Assembly (NCBI RefSeq): GCF_033153115.1
Contig: NW_026889757.1
Coordinates: forward strand, 6,076,001 to 6,140,000
Direction of reading: 5' to 3'
Source: Saccostrea echinata
Lineage: Eukaryota
DNA: 64,000 nucleotides
Positions 12,475-25,005 of the stretch are shown here, piece by piece; positions within the stretch are counted from its first letter, which is position 1, and every line of letters starts with the position of its first letter. The notes below the pieces were generated by a model. It was given only the letters and a program-made list of their open reading frames with translations, was not told the origin of the DNA and ran no database searches. Made by a program: the position numbers and the translations under genes.

Positions 12475-13975
12475 AACAAGATGTCAATGGGTCACAACGT
12501 TCACCTGAGTCACCTTGGCCCTGCTGGGTTTTTTTTTTCAGGAAAATATTTTTAAAAGTTTTTTTTTTACTCTTTACTCCCATAAAAAAACGTCCCATAT
12601 TGTGGCCCCAACTTTTCCTCAAGAGGTTATCATAAAATCAAAGTTGAATAACAGTGGGATTTTTTTTTATTGTTTACATGCGCAATGTGAAAAAATCATA
12701 GATTTTAGCCCCATCCAATACCCCAGGTAGATACATGTAATTAAAAAATGGGGTTAATACAACTTAGGTATGTTTGCATATTAATATGATTTAGTGTGGC
12801 ACTGCTACTCTTGAAAAGGTTTGTTTTCACAAATTCCCTTGTAAAATTCAAAGCATTATTGTTGCCCCACCCTGACCCCCGGGGACTTGATACAATAAAA
12901 ATTGAATCTAAACTACCTGACAATGTTTCCTAATAAAGGCCTTGCTGATCTTGAGAAGAGGATTCTTAAGTAAGTTTTTTTTTATACATTCCCATATAAA
13001 ACTTTGATTCCTTATTGTGATCCCATCCTATCTCTGAGGTCTTGATTTGAATAAACTTGAATCTAAACTACCTGAGGTTGCTTCCATATATGTATGATTT
13101 ATCATATCCCTGCTATTCTTGAGAAGAAGATATTTAAAAATTTTTGCTATATAATCCGAAGTAAAACATTGATCCCCTATTGTTCCCCCTTACCCCCTCC
13201 CCCCTCCCCCGGGTTCTATGATTTAAACAAATTCAGATCTATACTACCTGAGAATACTTCCAAATTAATATGACTAATCATAGCCCTGCTGTTCTTCAGA
13301 ACAAGATTTTTGATGGCTTTTCTCTATATTTTTCCATGCAAATTTTTAATACCCTTTTGTGGTCCAACCCTACCCCTTGGGGCCATGATTTGAACAAACT
13401 TGAATCTACACTAATTGAGGATGCTTCCGAATTACCATGGTCCTGTTGTTCTTAAAAATATTTTTTTAAAAGATCCCCTATTTGGCCCCTTCCTATCACT
13501 CATCGGGGGGGGGAGGGGTTATTTGAGCTACTAGTAATTCAAATCTACATTACCCGAGGGTGCTTCCATATGAAGATGACTAATCACTCCTATTCTTGAG
13601 AAGAAGATTCTTAAGGACTTTTCCCTATATATTTCTCTGTAATGAGCTTTTGTGGCGCCAACCTTACCCATGGGCCATGATAAGAACAAAACCTGCTGTT
13701 CTTGAAAAAGATTTTTAAAAAGATTTTTCTCCCTTTACATAAATCTTTGATCTATTATGGTCCCTCCCTACCCCCGAGGGTCATGATTTGAACAAACTTG
13801 AATCTCCAATACCTGAGGATGTTTCCATATAATATGACTTCCCATGGTCCTGCTGTTCATACTTAGATTGTTAAAGATTTGTTCCTTTATATTCCCATGT
13901 AAAAATTTGATCCCCTACTGAGGTCCCTCCCTATCCCCGGGTGCCATGATTCGAACAAACTTAAATTTACAACTA
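12475..13975. mobile_element. Truncated, diverged pearl/HINE element with Cg170-like units
   Basis: Starts AACAAGATGTCAATGGGTCACAACGTTCACCTGAG followed by repeated GATTTGAACAAACTTGAATCT units; the hairpin end is missing. Confidence 0.8.
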
Positions 13976-14817
13976 AGAAGATTTAGACTAATATTTACAT
14001 TTCTAATGTAATTTTCGCCAAGTGAAAGGTCAGGAACCTAATATGCAGGCACAGGGGCTTGCTCCCGGCGTGTAATAATTATTTATTTAAAAAATCATTT
14101 ACGGTATATGATTGTTTAATAAATAATTATTACACGGCGAGAGCAACCTGCTATGCATGTCAATCTCGTGCGGCTGTCTTTGTGTCTGACGTCAGTGAGC
14201 GGGGATTATTGAAATTAACATGGAAGGCCTCGTATATTTCAAATCTATTAAACAGCATTTTTTAAATTCATATTTTATTTCACATAAAAATATAATGTAC
14301 CCCAACTTTTGTGAGGAGGTTTCTAAAAGTAGCAATACTTCAGTCACAAATTCGTGAGAAAAATTATATATTATTGAGGAACATGTCGTCTGGCCTCTTG
14401 CCTATGCCCCTTATATAAAACGTGGTCTTGATCTGCTACTCATAGAGTGTACTAAAAAAAAACAAACTTTTTGAAACCAAGTGTCAGACAGGAGAACAAA
14501 TGGAGATGTTTATAATCCGCCCCTCCCTTCGTTTCACCGGCATGATGTAACAAAACTATTTTAGAGTTATCTCTCTTAAAGTAGGAGTAAGAGTACTACA
14601 GGGAGCGTGTAAATTAAAATTGTTAGATTTTTTTATATAGATACAAAGCTTTGATTTGATTTCTTTGGAAAATTCTCTTTAATGCTCTTAAGCTCTACTG
14701 ATCCTAAATGAGACGAACACGTGTCCGTTGTCCGTCCGTCTCTGTGTCTCAGGTATACGTAGTTAGTACATGCGGGGGGGGGGATGAGGGGCTAGTCCTG
14801 CACTTTTTTCAGAGGAT

Positions 14818-15300
14818 TTTATATCCCCGCTTTAAAAGCGGAATGTAAATTGGGGGAGGGGGCCCCTCATTCCGTTACGCTTTGGGGTACCCATTTCTTA
14901 TCAGCAACTCCTCTTATTCTACTGAATAAACTTCGATGAATCTTTCACAGGATCTTCATTACAAAATGCCATTGTGTACCACCTATTTTACTTTTTGATT
15001 TGACATATATTTTGGGTTTCTCATAGCAAAACATTGACGATATCATTCTTTCAATATTATCGAAGGGGGGTACCTATTTCTTATCCGCAACTCTTCGTAT
15101 ACCACTGAATAAAATTTAATGAGACTTTTATAGAATTTTTATTTTGTATTGCCTTTGTGCACTTCCTATTTTACATTTTGATCGGACAGATAACTGGGCT
15201 TTTTAATAGCAAAAAATAGATTTTGCAATATTGCCATTATACTCATATATGAGCGGTGGGTATCATTTTGTGAGCTCACTGCTCACGGTACCTCTAGTTT
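14818..15300. mobile_element. HINE-like repeat, same family as 18427-18690 and 18703-19116
   Basis: Shares TCCGTTACGCTTTGGGGTACCCAT, TTTTGATCGGACAGATA and TATCATTTTGTGAGCTCA..CTCTAGTT with the other copies; CCCCGC..AAAAGCGG terminal hairpin. Confidence 0.7.
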
Positions 15301-15587
15301 TTTTTTCTGTAAACTATATATGGAAATTTTTATTCAAATGCCGAATAGCTCCCCACCTTTTGTTGCAATATGCTCGAGCCCTCCCACCTTATACTGTCAA
15401 AAATATCTTAAAAGAAAATGACAATGAAAATCTACCCCTACTCTCACTAGTATTCAATAACTTTTGAAATAGTTTTGTGAAACTTCCTACACAAGTAAAC
15501 AAGATATTTATTATGAATCAATATATCTATCCTTTTTATGTAAATGAACGCATTGCCTTGATTATTAACTTGTTTATTAAGTATAGT

Positions 15588-16222
15588 ATTATCAAACTCT
15601 CAAATATTTCAAAAGCTATGCCTGCTATAGTTGTTAGTCGAATAAAACTTTTTATATATTTTTCGAATGTCTATTTATATTTTCTGTTTATTTTCGTTTA
15701 TGATAGATAAGTGCTTAAAACATCAATATTTTATAAATGTACCGTGACTGCCGTTTATTAATTTTTAAAAATTGAAAAATCATTAGCTTCAGCTTGACAA
15801 CGACAATACTATGATATAACATGTACCTAAATATGTAAGTCATCCGGGTTGGAACGAAGATTGCGTTGGATATTAACTGTATGCATTATCAACCTCTTAA
15901 ATATTTCAAAAGCTATGCCGTCTATAGTTGTTAGTGGAATAAAACATTTTCATATATATTTTTCGAATGTCCATTAATATTTTCTTGTGATTTTCGTTTA
16001 TAATAGATAAGTGTTCAAAACGTCAAAAAAAAAAAAAAAAAACGTCAATGTATTATATATGTACCGTGACTGTTGTTTATTAATTTTCAAGCATAAATTG
16101 AAAATCATTAAGTTCAGCTTGAAAATTATACTTAAAAAAAAAAATACTAAGATTATATTAAAAAAAACAATACTAAGATATAACATGTACACAAATATGT
16201 AGGTCATCCGGGTTAGAACGAA
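15588..16222. repeat. ~300-bp tandem duplication (two diverged copies)
   Basis: Copies start at about 15588 and 15886 (ATTATCAA..AATATTTCAAAAGCTATGCC..CTATAGTTGTTAGT) and both end GTCATCCGGGTT.GAACGAAG. Confidence 0.85.
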
Positions 16223-16313
16223 GGTCGTGAGAGGGACTCAAAGCAAACAAATAAACAAAAACAAAATTTTGTGACTCAATATTTGATTTTTATGAATGGT
16301 GTTACAGTACTTA

Positions 16314-17290
16314 ACAAGATGTGTTTGTGAAACACTGATGCCCCCGTATGGCAACTTATAGCTAAGGTTAAACTTTCTCAAATCCAAATCAAATATGTTG
16401 GTACCCAAAGTAAGTTCTTGTCCCGAGGAATATACCTGTGAAATATGAAAGCCCATTAAAAAGATGTGGAAAAGGTTAAAAAAATTTCAAAGGTAAGTCA
16501 AACATCAAGGTCAAGTTCAAATGGTCAAAATTAATGGTGCCCAAAGAAAGGCCTTCTCACAAGAAATACAGTTAATACACATGTGAAAGCACCAACCGTT
16601 CAAAAGTTATGGCCAAGGTTAGAGTTTTTCAAATGTAGGTCAAACTCCTAGGTCAAGGTCAAAGGGTCAAAGTTGTTAGTTCCAAAGGAAGTTCTTGTCA
16701 CAAGGATTACATATGTGAAGTATAAAAGCCATAGCACCAACCATTCAAAAGTTATGGCCAAGATTACAGTTTTCCAGAAGTAGGTCAAACTCCAAGGTCA
16801 AGGTCAAAAGGTCAAAGAAGTTGGTATCCAAAGGAAGGTCTTGTCACAAGGATTACATATGTTAAGTATGAAAGCCCTAGCACCAACCAATCAAAAGTTA
16901 TGGCCAAGGTTAAAGTTTTTCAAATGTAGGTCAATCTCCTAGGTCAAGGTCAAAGGTTTAAAGTTGTTGGTTTCCAAAGGAAGGATTTGTCACAAGGATT
17001 ACACATGTGAAGTATGAAAGCCCTAGCACCAACTGTTCAAAAGTTATGGCCAAGGTTAAAGTTGAGCAAAATTTTTTAAAACTGGGTCAAACTCCAAGGT
17101 CAAAAGGTCAAATATGATGGTATCCAAAGAAAGGTCTTGTCACAAGGAATACACATGTGAAATATGAAAGCCTTAGCTCCAACCAATCAAATGTTATGGG
17201 CAATGTTAAAGTTTTTGCGGACAAACAGACAGACGGACGGACAGGGCAAAAATTATATACCCCCGAATCTTCGATACGGGGGCATAAAAA
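16314..17290. mobile_element. HINE-type element with a ~146-bp internal tandem array (about 6 units)
   Basis: AACAAG start; subterminal IR ATGCCCCCG/CGGGGGCAT; GACA/GACG microsatellite; terminal hairpin. GTTATGG recurs at 16606, 16751, 16897, 17043 and 17193. Confidence 0.88.
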
Positions 17291-18426
17291 CAGAAGGACG
17301 GGGGGGGGGGGTCTGATTTCAACATAACCTTGTACAAGTAACTAGATTGACAATTGTACCTAGTTTGGTATATCGATTTATGATTTCATTGAACGCTCTT
17401 GTCATGACTTCTAAAATAAAATTATCACTTAAATTGTTTAAGATTGCTATAATTCTTTTATTTTTCGCTTGATTTCTTTACCAATTTAATTTTTTTCAAA
17501 ATGCTACTTCTGCAAGTATATATTTTTTTATTTAATCTTAATGCAACAGGTTTGGAATGGAGACGTACTATAAAACAAGATTCGTCCTGTTCGTCCTCTT
17601 TTTAACGAAGGACGTGATAACCTGAAATTAATTACATGCAGTTCAATTTACTTCTTCTATTGACTAAAGCGAGGTTACTTTGTTTATGTACAGAATGTTC
17701 AGAGCCACTTTAGACTAATTTACGAGGGAACCCCACCCCCACACAGTGCACGGTATCCGCCCATGAACCCGGCAGTTTGCTTAAATGCACGTCCATAATG
17801 AAATTAGTTTATCTTGTTTACTTTTTGTGATATTTTGCTGAGAGAACTTTTGGAAGGGGGATTATTCGTATGCGTCGACCCTTCAATTTGTAACCGTATT
17901 TTCTTTAACAATTACATATATTTTATATATTTTATCAATTGAAGTTTACATTTTGCTCTATATTTTCAGATATCACTATCTTCTTTTTTTTTTTACATCA
18001 TTTGATATCATTCTGATAAAGTCCTAGTGTGAACAGGTTCATGAACTAGTTACTCTGAACCCGAAACTCGATCTATTTTAAATAGTAATGCGTAGTTAAT
18101 GTGATATTATATATGGGTAAACTTTGTACATGACATGGTGGATGGTGATCGTGTGTCAGTTTTTTAATGTTGGCCTGCTTTACTATCTGGATGTGCACTT
18201 TATACCCCCTTTTTGTTCCCCCTTTTTTCCTGAACTTCATATTTATTCAACCAAAAACTTCAATCTACATGTATTAGGGGTAACTGCTTTTTTAGGGCTA
18301 TAATTTTCTAAGCACTAATCACTGCAGAAGTGAGAATAAATCCATGCATGTTTGCAACATAAAATGTTGGACTTGGCCTAAGTTGCAGATGCATTCTCAA
18401 CCAATATATACGGAAGTACCTTGGTA

Positions 18427-19116
18427 TTTATCATACCCCCTGCTTAAAAAGCGGTGGAATATAGTGACGGGGGTGTCCATCTGTCTATTATTCTTTGCGG
18501 TACCCATCTCTTTTCCTCACTCCTTCTATACCATTGAATGAAATTTAATGAGATTTCCCAGAATCTTTACTGCATAGTGCCATCGTGGACCTCCTATATC
18601 GTGTTTTGATCGGACAGATATTTGGGCTTTGCCATTATACTAAGGGGTATCATTTTGTGAGCTCAGTGCTCATAATTATTACCTGTAGTTTCAGTAGTAG
18701 CTATTATACCCCCCTCTTGAAAAGTGGGTATGTATAGTGATAGGGGTGTCCGTCCGTTCTTCTAGCTGTATGTCCGTGCATCCGTTACGCTTTGGGGTAC
18801 CCATCTCTTATCCGCAACTCCCCTTAAACCAATGGGACTTTATTTTAAGTTTCCCATAGCAAGAAATGGACACTGACATTCTTTCTAAAACATCAGGTGT
18901 ATCCATTTCTTATCCGCAACTTCTGCTATACCGCTGAATAAAATTTAATAAGACTTTCACAGTTTCTTCATTACATAGTTCCATTGTGCACCTTCTACTT
19001 TAAATTTTGATCGGACAGATATTTCGGCTTCCCATAGCAACAAATGGACGTTGCCATCATACCATATGGGAGCAGGGCATCATTTTATGAGCTCAGTGCT
19101 TACAGTGTCTCTAGTT
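18427..19116. mobile_element. Two head-to-tail HINE-like copies (about 18427-18690 and 18703-19116)
   Basis: Each begins TTAT.ATACCCCC...AAAAG.GG and ends TATCATTTT.TGAGCTCAGTGCT...TAGTTTCA. Confidence 0.7.
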
Positions 19117-21801
19117 TCAATAGTGTTTGCAACAGAGCCCCTTTGACGTGTCTAGGATTATCAAAAAATGTTTGCTTGAAATAAAAAAAAAGGTATGAAG
19201 GAGGAGTGCACTAATTTCATGTAAAATTTTAAAACAATCCCATTTTTACAGTTAGAATAAAATATATTTCAATGAAGTATTTTTGAAAAAAAAAAAAGAA
19301 GGAAACATGGACCCTTTGTATCACATGCATATCTCAAGTCACCGAAGCATATTTGACATTACAACATTCATTTTGATATCACAACATTCATTCTAACCAT
19401 CTTTATATATATATATATATAAAATTTTCTACTATATATTTCTTCTTGAGTCATTTTGATTTGAATCTCCCAACTCATCCGACAAAAGCACTTGACTGCA
19501 CTAAATCCCGTTTCCTGTCACCCCCCAGTGTAGAAATGAGAGAATCAAATTAAACATATTCAAGACTGACATAGGTGTTGTTATTAACATAATTATCTGC
19601 CATAAACAAAATTTGCATATTACAGGAAAACACTTCGCAGTGCTTCTTTAACACTCAAAAGATTGACAGACTACACTACTGTTTCTCTGGCGTGCTATCT
19701 ACTGAGAACGTTTTTGAGCAATGGGTGTTTATTGAAGAATAGATAAAACCTTTACCTCGCAAGGTCAATGCATTCTTTCCGTAATGGATGGGAAAACAAT
19801 TAATCGCTTAGTAAATCCCTAACAACTCGGCAGCTTCCCAGCTCGATGGAATGGAACTTCTCAGAAAATAAATAGTTTAACACTTAATACAACATCAAAT
19901 AAAAGAAACAGTTTAGTTCTACCGACCTTCTCACCCGTTAAACTAAACTGACCCTGGAGCATGCCAAGAAAAGGTACGCATTCTAGTTTTAGAGCGAACT
20001 CAATAAAAGCGGAATTAGCGTTAATCTGTGATTTTTCCCCAGGGAGATGTGTGCGAGGCAATTAATGTCAGCAGTTTTGAGGGAAGGATCTTAAGTTTTA
20101 CTGGTTTGAAATTAAAGCTAGAATACTTATTATTTAGAAGCCTTTGCACCTTTTTTCCTGTTGTTTTTTTTAAAGGGGGGGGGGCGATTTTCCATGCAAA
20201 TCATATGCGGTTAAAAAAGTAAAAAAAGATGAAAAAGAAAGTGAAATAAATTGTAGTGAACTAATTAACTGTTCAGTAAAAATTAGACGCCTTTCAAATT
20301 TTTCAGTGTTTATATATCAAAATATTTTTTTCCTAGTATAAATTAACATCGGGCACGATGAACTTGGTTGTTGTGGAAGTCTCGCGCCTTATTAAGGTAT
20401 CATACCACTAATTGACCAATGAAAATGAACTCAATTGTAGTTCCATACATATAAAATTATTATTTTTTCCTTTTGAATTTTTTTTTCTAATTTCCTTCCA
20501 GTCTATTTTTACAATTTTGGTACCTGTGTCTAGTGCATTTTACATATTTTGTAAATAAATAAAGGTTTTTAACAGGAACTATTTTTTTCAGGGCATAGGA
20601 GGCTACTTCCTGGGGTAGAAGTTTATTTTTCTTTGACTCAGAAAACGGAAAACTTAGGATCCACCCCCTCAAATCTGCTGCCGTTAATTGTCACGCCAGC
20701 GTTAGGGGAATATGGGTGATTTGCATCAATTACACTTTTATTGACTCCATCGCTGTGGAAAAATGGACGGGATTTCTTGGCATGGCTTCCCTTTGAAAAG
20801 ACATCTTTTTTTAAATTCAGTCCTAAATATTTTTGCATCCACATCGAAATACATGTACATGTTACACATGCAGCAAAAGGTATTACAAATACATGTACAA
20901 GCATCCATGAGTGCCTCATTCAGCACCCATACACAATTTAAAGCAGTTTGATCTGTAATAATAAAATAGTGATCGATAACAAAATGCAATAGATCCGAAT
21001 TATAGATCTAAAGCAGAAATTCTTTTTTTTTAAATCTACTTGTAATTGTCTCCATATTTGCGTACTTGTGGTCTATAAACATTTAGTTTTACAATGGTAC
21101 GCTTATTTTGTTTCCAAGGAATTTCACATTTCATACTTGCTGATTTCTGACAATAGAAATAATTTATATGAAAATTTAGAATTTTCATGATCGTGGGATA
21201 CTTTCTTGTAATATATACATGTAGCTCAATATTTTTATGTTTTTAATGATCAATATTTTATGTGCATCGCTCGAATACCTGCCAAGAGTAAATAAACATA
21301 AAAGTCATTTTTTATAAATTTATCGATTGTAGATTTTTAAACACCAACTGCAGTAAAACAAAAAAGTTGACGTTTCAGTTTTATGACTGAAATCAGAGAG
21401 GTGATAGTTGGGATGATCTGGGGCGATATGTACCTGACCAGGCTAATCAAATATACGTTATCGACATCCTAGGAGCGGCACCAGGATATGTCGAGAATAA
21501 ACATGATTGAAGAGGACCTGTACCGCATAACACCCCCAAATGCTCGTCTCGTTCCTTAATGTAAAGAGATGTAAGTTATAAACGCAAATCAAAATAAGAC
21601 AGAAGATTCTCAAGATAACGAAAAGTGCTTCTCACATCCTTGTCGCATTCTTAACCTGTGAAGATATCCAACAAATTATAGTGACGATAATTCTTGTATT
21701 GAATGCCTTTTGCAAGAACAAATTCAAGGTTCTTCATAAGGAAAAGTCGCAAAGTCATCTGTTTAATACAGACAAGTTTTAATTTTTTTTGGAAATCAAT
21801 A

Positions 21802-21807
21802 TTTATT
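21802..21807 (-). terminator. Candidate polyadenylation signal (AATAAA) of the Spot14-family gene
   Basis: TTTATT on the + strand about 0.9 kb downstream of the stop codon; position is the only support. Confidence 0.35.
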
Positions 21808-22698
21808 GATACTGTTTTGGGATCCTATCTTTGCCTCTTATTTTGTATAATTGTACACAAATCCATGTACATACATATAAAAAAAAAAACACCATGGTAT
21901 ATAGGTAGAAAATACCAAAAAGTGTTACTGTTGTCTAAAAATCTCGGATATTTACTCAATTTTACTCCCACGTTCTTTTAACTTGACAACCAGTCTGACT
22001 GTAGGTATCCACAAACAGATTTTACGCCTGGTCAGGTAACTTTAAAACTTGAATCCAAAATACCGTAAATATACATATTTCCATATTCTTTATGTCTGGA
22101 CGATCCTTAATTGTTACGTAACATTTCAAAATCAGAACTTAATAAATATTTGTCCAAACAAGTCTATGTCAGCGTACAATGGAAGCAGTCGGGCATGCAG
22201 ACCTTTAATTTTCATGTTGATAAGCAGGTCACAATATTTAGTCTCTACCATGGAACCCATGAAATATGGTGAACTTGCGATCTTTTGGGGAAATGAAATA
22301 AAAACTAAAATCTTAACCAACTATAAAACAGAAGAATACAGGCATAGTGTAAGTAATATTTTACTGAAAAAAGAATTTTGCAATAATACGCCATGAACAC
22401 ATGTATATTTTGCAAATTGTCATTTTTGCAAAACTGAAGGAAAAATAAATAAAAATATCATGCAGAAAAAAGTCACATCGATTTAAGGCACAGTTAATTA
22501 ATGGCTCCCCTACAAGTTTATAGTTCTTCACATTTCATTGCACTTTGGGCTATTGTTTGTGTTAACACCGCTTCATTTCGCAACCCTTTAAAAAGGCTAC
22601 ATCATTCGATGCGAACAGTCATACAAAACACTCACATACATACACACATGAACAGCACTGGTTTACCCTAAACTTCACATAGTTTCAGTAGCCAGCTA

Positions 22699-23202
22699 TC
22701 AAATAGCGAAAGAGGAAATCGATTTGTTGGATACCTCCCCAATGAATTCCGACTCGTATTGTTCCGTGAGTACTTTAGCTGTATCTGTCAGCTGGTTCAT
22801 GACGTTAAAAAGTCCCCGTAAATGATGACGGAACAATTCTGCAGTCTTCTTAGAAGAATCATTTGCTGTATCGTCCTCAGAATCAGATGACGTCACAGTT
22901 TGTTCGTCTTCTCCGGATTTTTCTCCGATGATTTCCTTTTTTATAGTATTCAACATCTTATAGAAACTATGCAAGTCTGTACCTGGTTTCATGATTGGCA
23001 TGAGCGACATATTGTTATTTTCCTCTACGATTTCCGTATTTTTCTCGGAAGTTCTAATTTCCATGTCTTTCAGTCGGCTTGGAATCATAACAGTTTCGTC
23101 CATAACGTTCACAGCTTGAACAAATTTATTCAGAACTGTTAGAAGAGATTGATTTTGTCTCTGTTCCCCAGAGCTGCTCGACATTTGCCTCTCCGACATC
23201 AT
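22699..23202 (-). CDS. MID1IP1: Spot14/MID1-interacting protein 1 (MIG12/THRSP family), single coding exon, 167 aa
   Basis: Family motifs QSLLTVLNKFVQAVNVMDETVMIPSRLKDM, DLHSFYKMLNTIKKEI and FRHHLRGLFNVMNQLTDTAKVLTEQYE. The first in-frame ATG is at 23202; the ORF track start at 23310 is a TTG. Confidence 0.92.
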   Translation of the reverse strand: MMSERQMSSSSGEQRQNQSLLTVLNKFVQAVNVMDETVMIPSRLKDMEIRTSEKNTEIVEENNNMSLMPIMKPGTDLHSFYKMLNTIKKEIIGEKSGEDEQTVTSSDSEDDTANDSSKKTAELFRHHLRGLFNVMNQLTDTAKVLTEQYESEFIGEVSNKSISSFAI

Positions 23203-23439
23203 TCTGCTGATATGAGAAGAAGGATCACAACCAGTTTTGTTTGAAATATTTCTGTTGGGTGTGAACACTGAACTGTTATCGATGCACTTCCTTAAAATTG
23301 AACACTGCAAAATAACCCTCTGTTCCTCTCAATTCAAGCACAACAGCATATACAGGAGTCAAAATCGTGTCGTTATAGATTGTTATAAATGTAATGCATG
23401 GGTTACATCCTGCATTATTCGCACGTATTGAACAAGCCC

Positions 23440-23570
23440 TTGCCGGCTATATTATTTTATGTATTAGTAACCAAGGTCGGGTCACGAAGCTCTACACCGA
23501 TTGGTCTATTTAATCATAAGTTGCTCGAGTGATATTTATATCTATCAGGCGTAAACATCACCACGTGTTA
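23440..23570 (-). promoter_or_regulatory. Putative proximal promoter of the Spot14-family gene
   Basis: TATA-like ATAAAATAATATAG (about 23447-23460), GGGTCA half-site (23479-84), CCAAT (23500-04), GTAAACA (23551-57) and CACGTG (23562-67). Confidence 0.5.
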
Positions 23571-24904
23571 AACAATCCCATGCATTTGACACGCCATTTA
23601 ATTTGTTATTAAGGTGTTTGTTTTATTTACGAGAATTTTTACCTTTTATAAAGTAAAAAATCAAGACGACATTGTTAAAGTTCATATAAAAGAAACTTTA
23701 TATTATATCATAACATGAAAATACTAATAAATTAATACCCTTACCCGATTATATCTTTTCTAGATTTTATTTTAAAGTTTGTTAACTAATAAATGTATAC
23801 AAAATTGCATAAATACGCTATTCAAATTATAAGATTGGATTTGCAAAGATTTGCAAATCCACAAAAAAACTTAAACTCATCTGCTAGTATGATACATATT
23901 TTGAAAGTATCGAGGGCATTACCCCCGCTCTCTCAGCAATTTAGTTTAAACCATATTTTATTTGAAAATGGCAAGCAGAAAATACAGGCAAGTAGTACAG
24001 AAAATCAAAAAGGATTCGGAAACAAGTTTTAAAAACTTATACTAATCCGTTTCCTTATTAATTATGCAGCAATTTAGGAACATATAGGGGAAATTAATTC
24101 ATTTGGTTAATTTCCTTCATTATATAGCAACTTATTTTTATTTAGAACAACTGTATTTTTTTTTTACTTATTTCCTTTATTCCATCTCCTCGATTACTTA
24201 CCTCCGTGAACCCCTATCCCGAGCCCCAATAGTTTCCTTCCCTTGACTCCGGATCCCCTCCCATACCCCAGTAACTCCTCCAGGATGTACATATTAACTT
24301 AAATGTAATTGTTGGCAAAATGATAAGTACGTAGTTCATTCGGTGAAACCGACCAAAACTCTTGTCATATCTATAATGAATATATAGGAACACGGGCTCA
24401 TGATGAGGAATGGGGACTACTAGAGGTATTTACTATGGTCTCTGGTAAGCTTCAAATCCATTAGATTGCACCACGATTCTGACTTATCAATTCCAAGACC
24501 TAAAGCATTGTTGCTCATGAAGACTTAACAATTTCAAATATATGCAATGACTGTGCTGGTATATTTTGTTTTGTTTTTGTTATTGTTTTCTTTTTTAAAT
24601 GCAATAAGTTTGCAAACGATTTATATTTCTTTGTAACCATTTTGTAGCGTCACGGTGACCAAACCTGGTCTAAGATAAAATATATATACAGCATCGGCTT
24701 CCTTAATAAATCTAACCCGTTTGTTTATTTTTTTCAATTTTCCCTAAAAAATCATTTGAAATCCATTCAGAACGCCGTCATTTTTAAAAAAGAGAATGTG
24801 TTATCAAGTTTTGTTGAATCAGTGTTTCTTGAGAAGTTAAAACGGTTTACCGCGACAGCAAAAATAAAACGACCTTGAGACAAATATAAAAGTACTTATT
24901 ATTT

Positions 24905-25005
24905 TTTAACCTAAATGGCCCTGCTATCAAGGACTCGGAGATTTTGTAACAAGTGACCTTAACGTGAACTATTCTAGACCTCGGTCAATGAACTTGGTAA
25001 CCAAT
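24905..25005. promoter_or_regulatory. Nuclear-receptor response element cluster (DR5 and IR1)
   Basis: TGACCT-n5-TGAACT at 24954-24970 and CGGTCA-n1-TGAACT at 24982-24994. Confidence 0.4.

Noticed and set aside
23203-23310. 36-aa N-terminal extension of the Spot14-family ORF
   Set aside because: The ORF track starts at a TTG; the first ATG is at 23202, so this is most likely 5' UTR.
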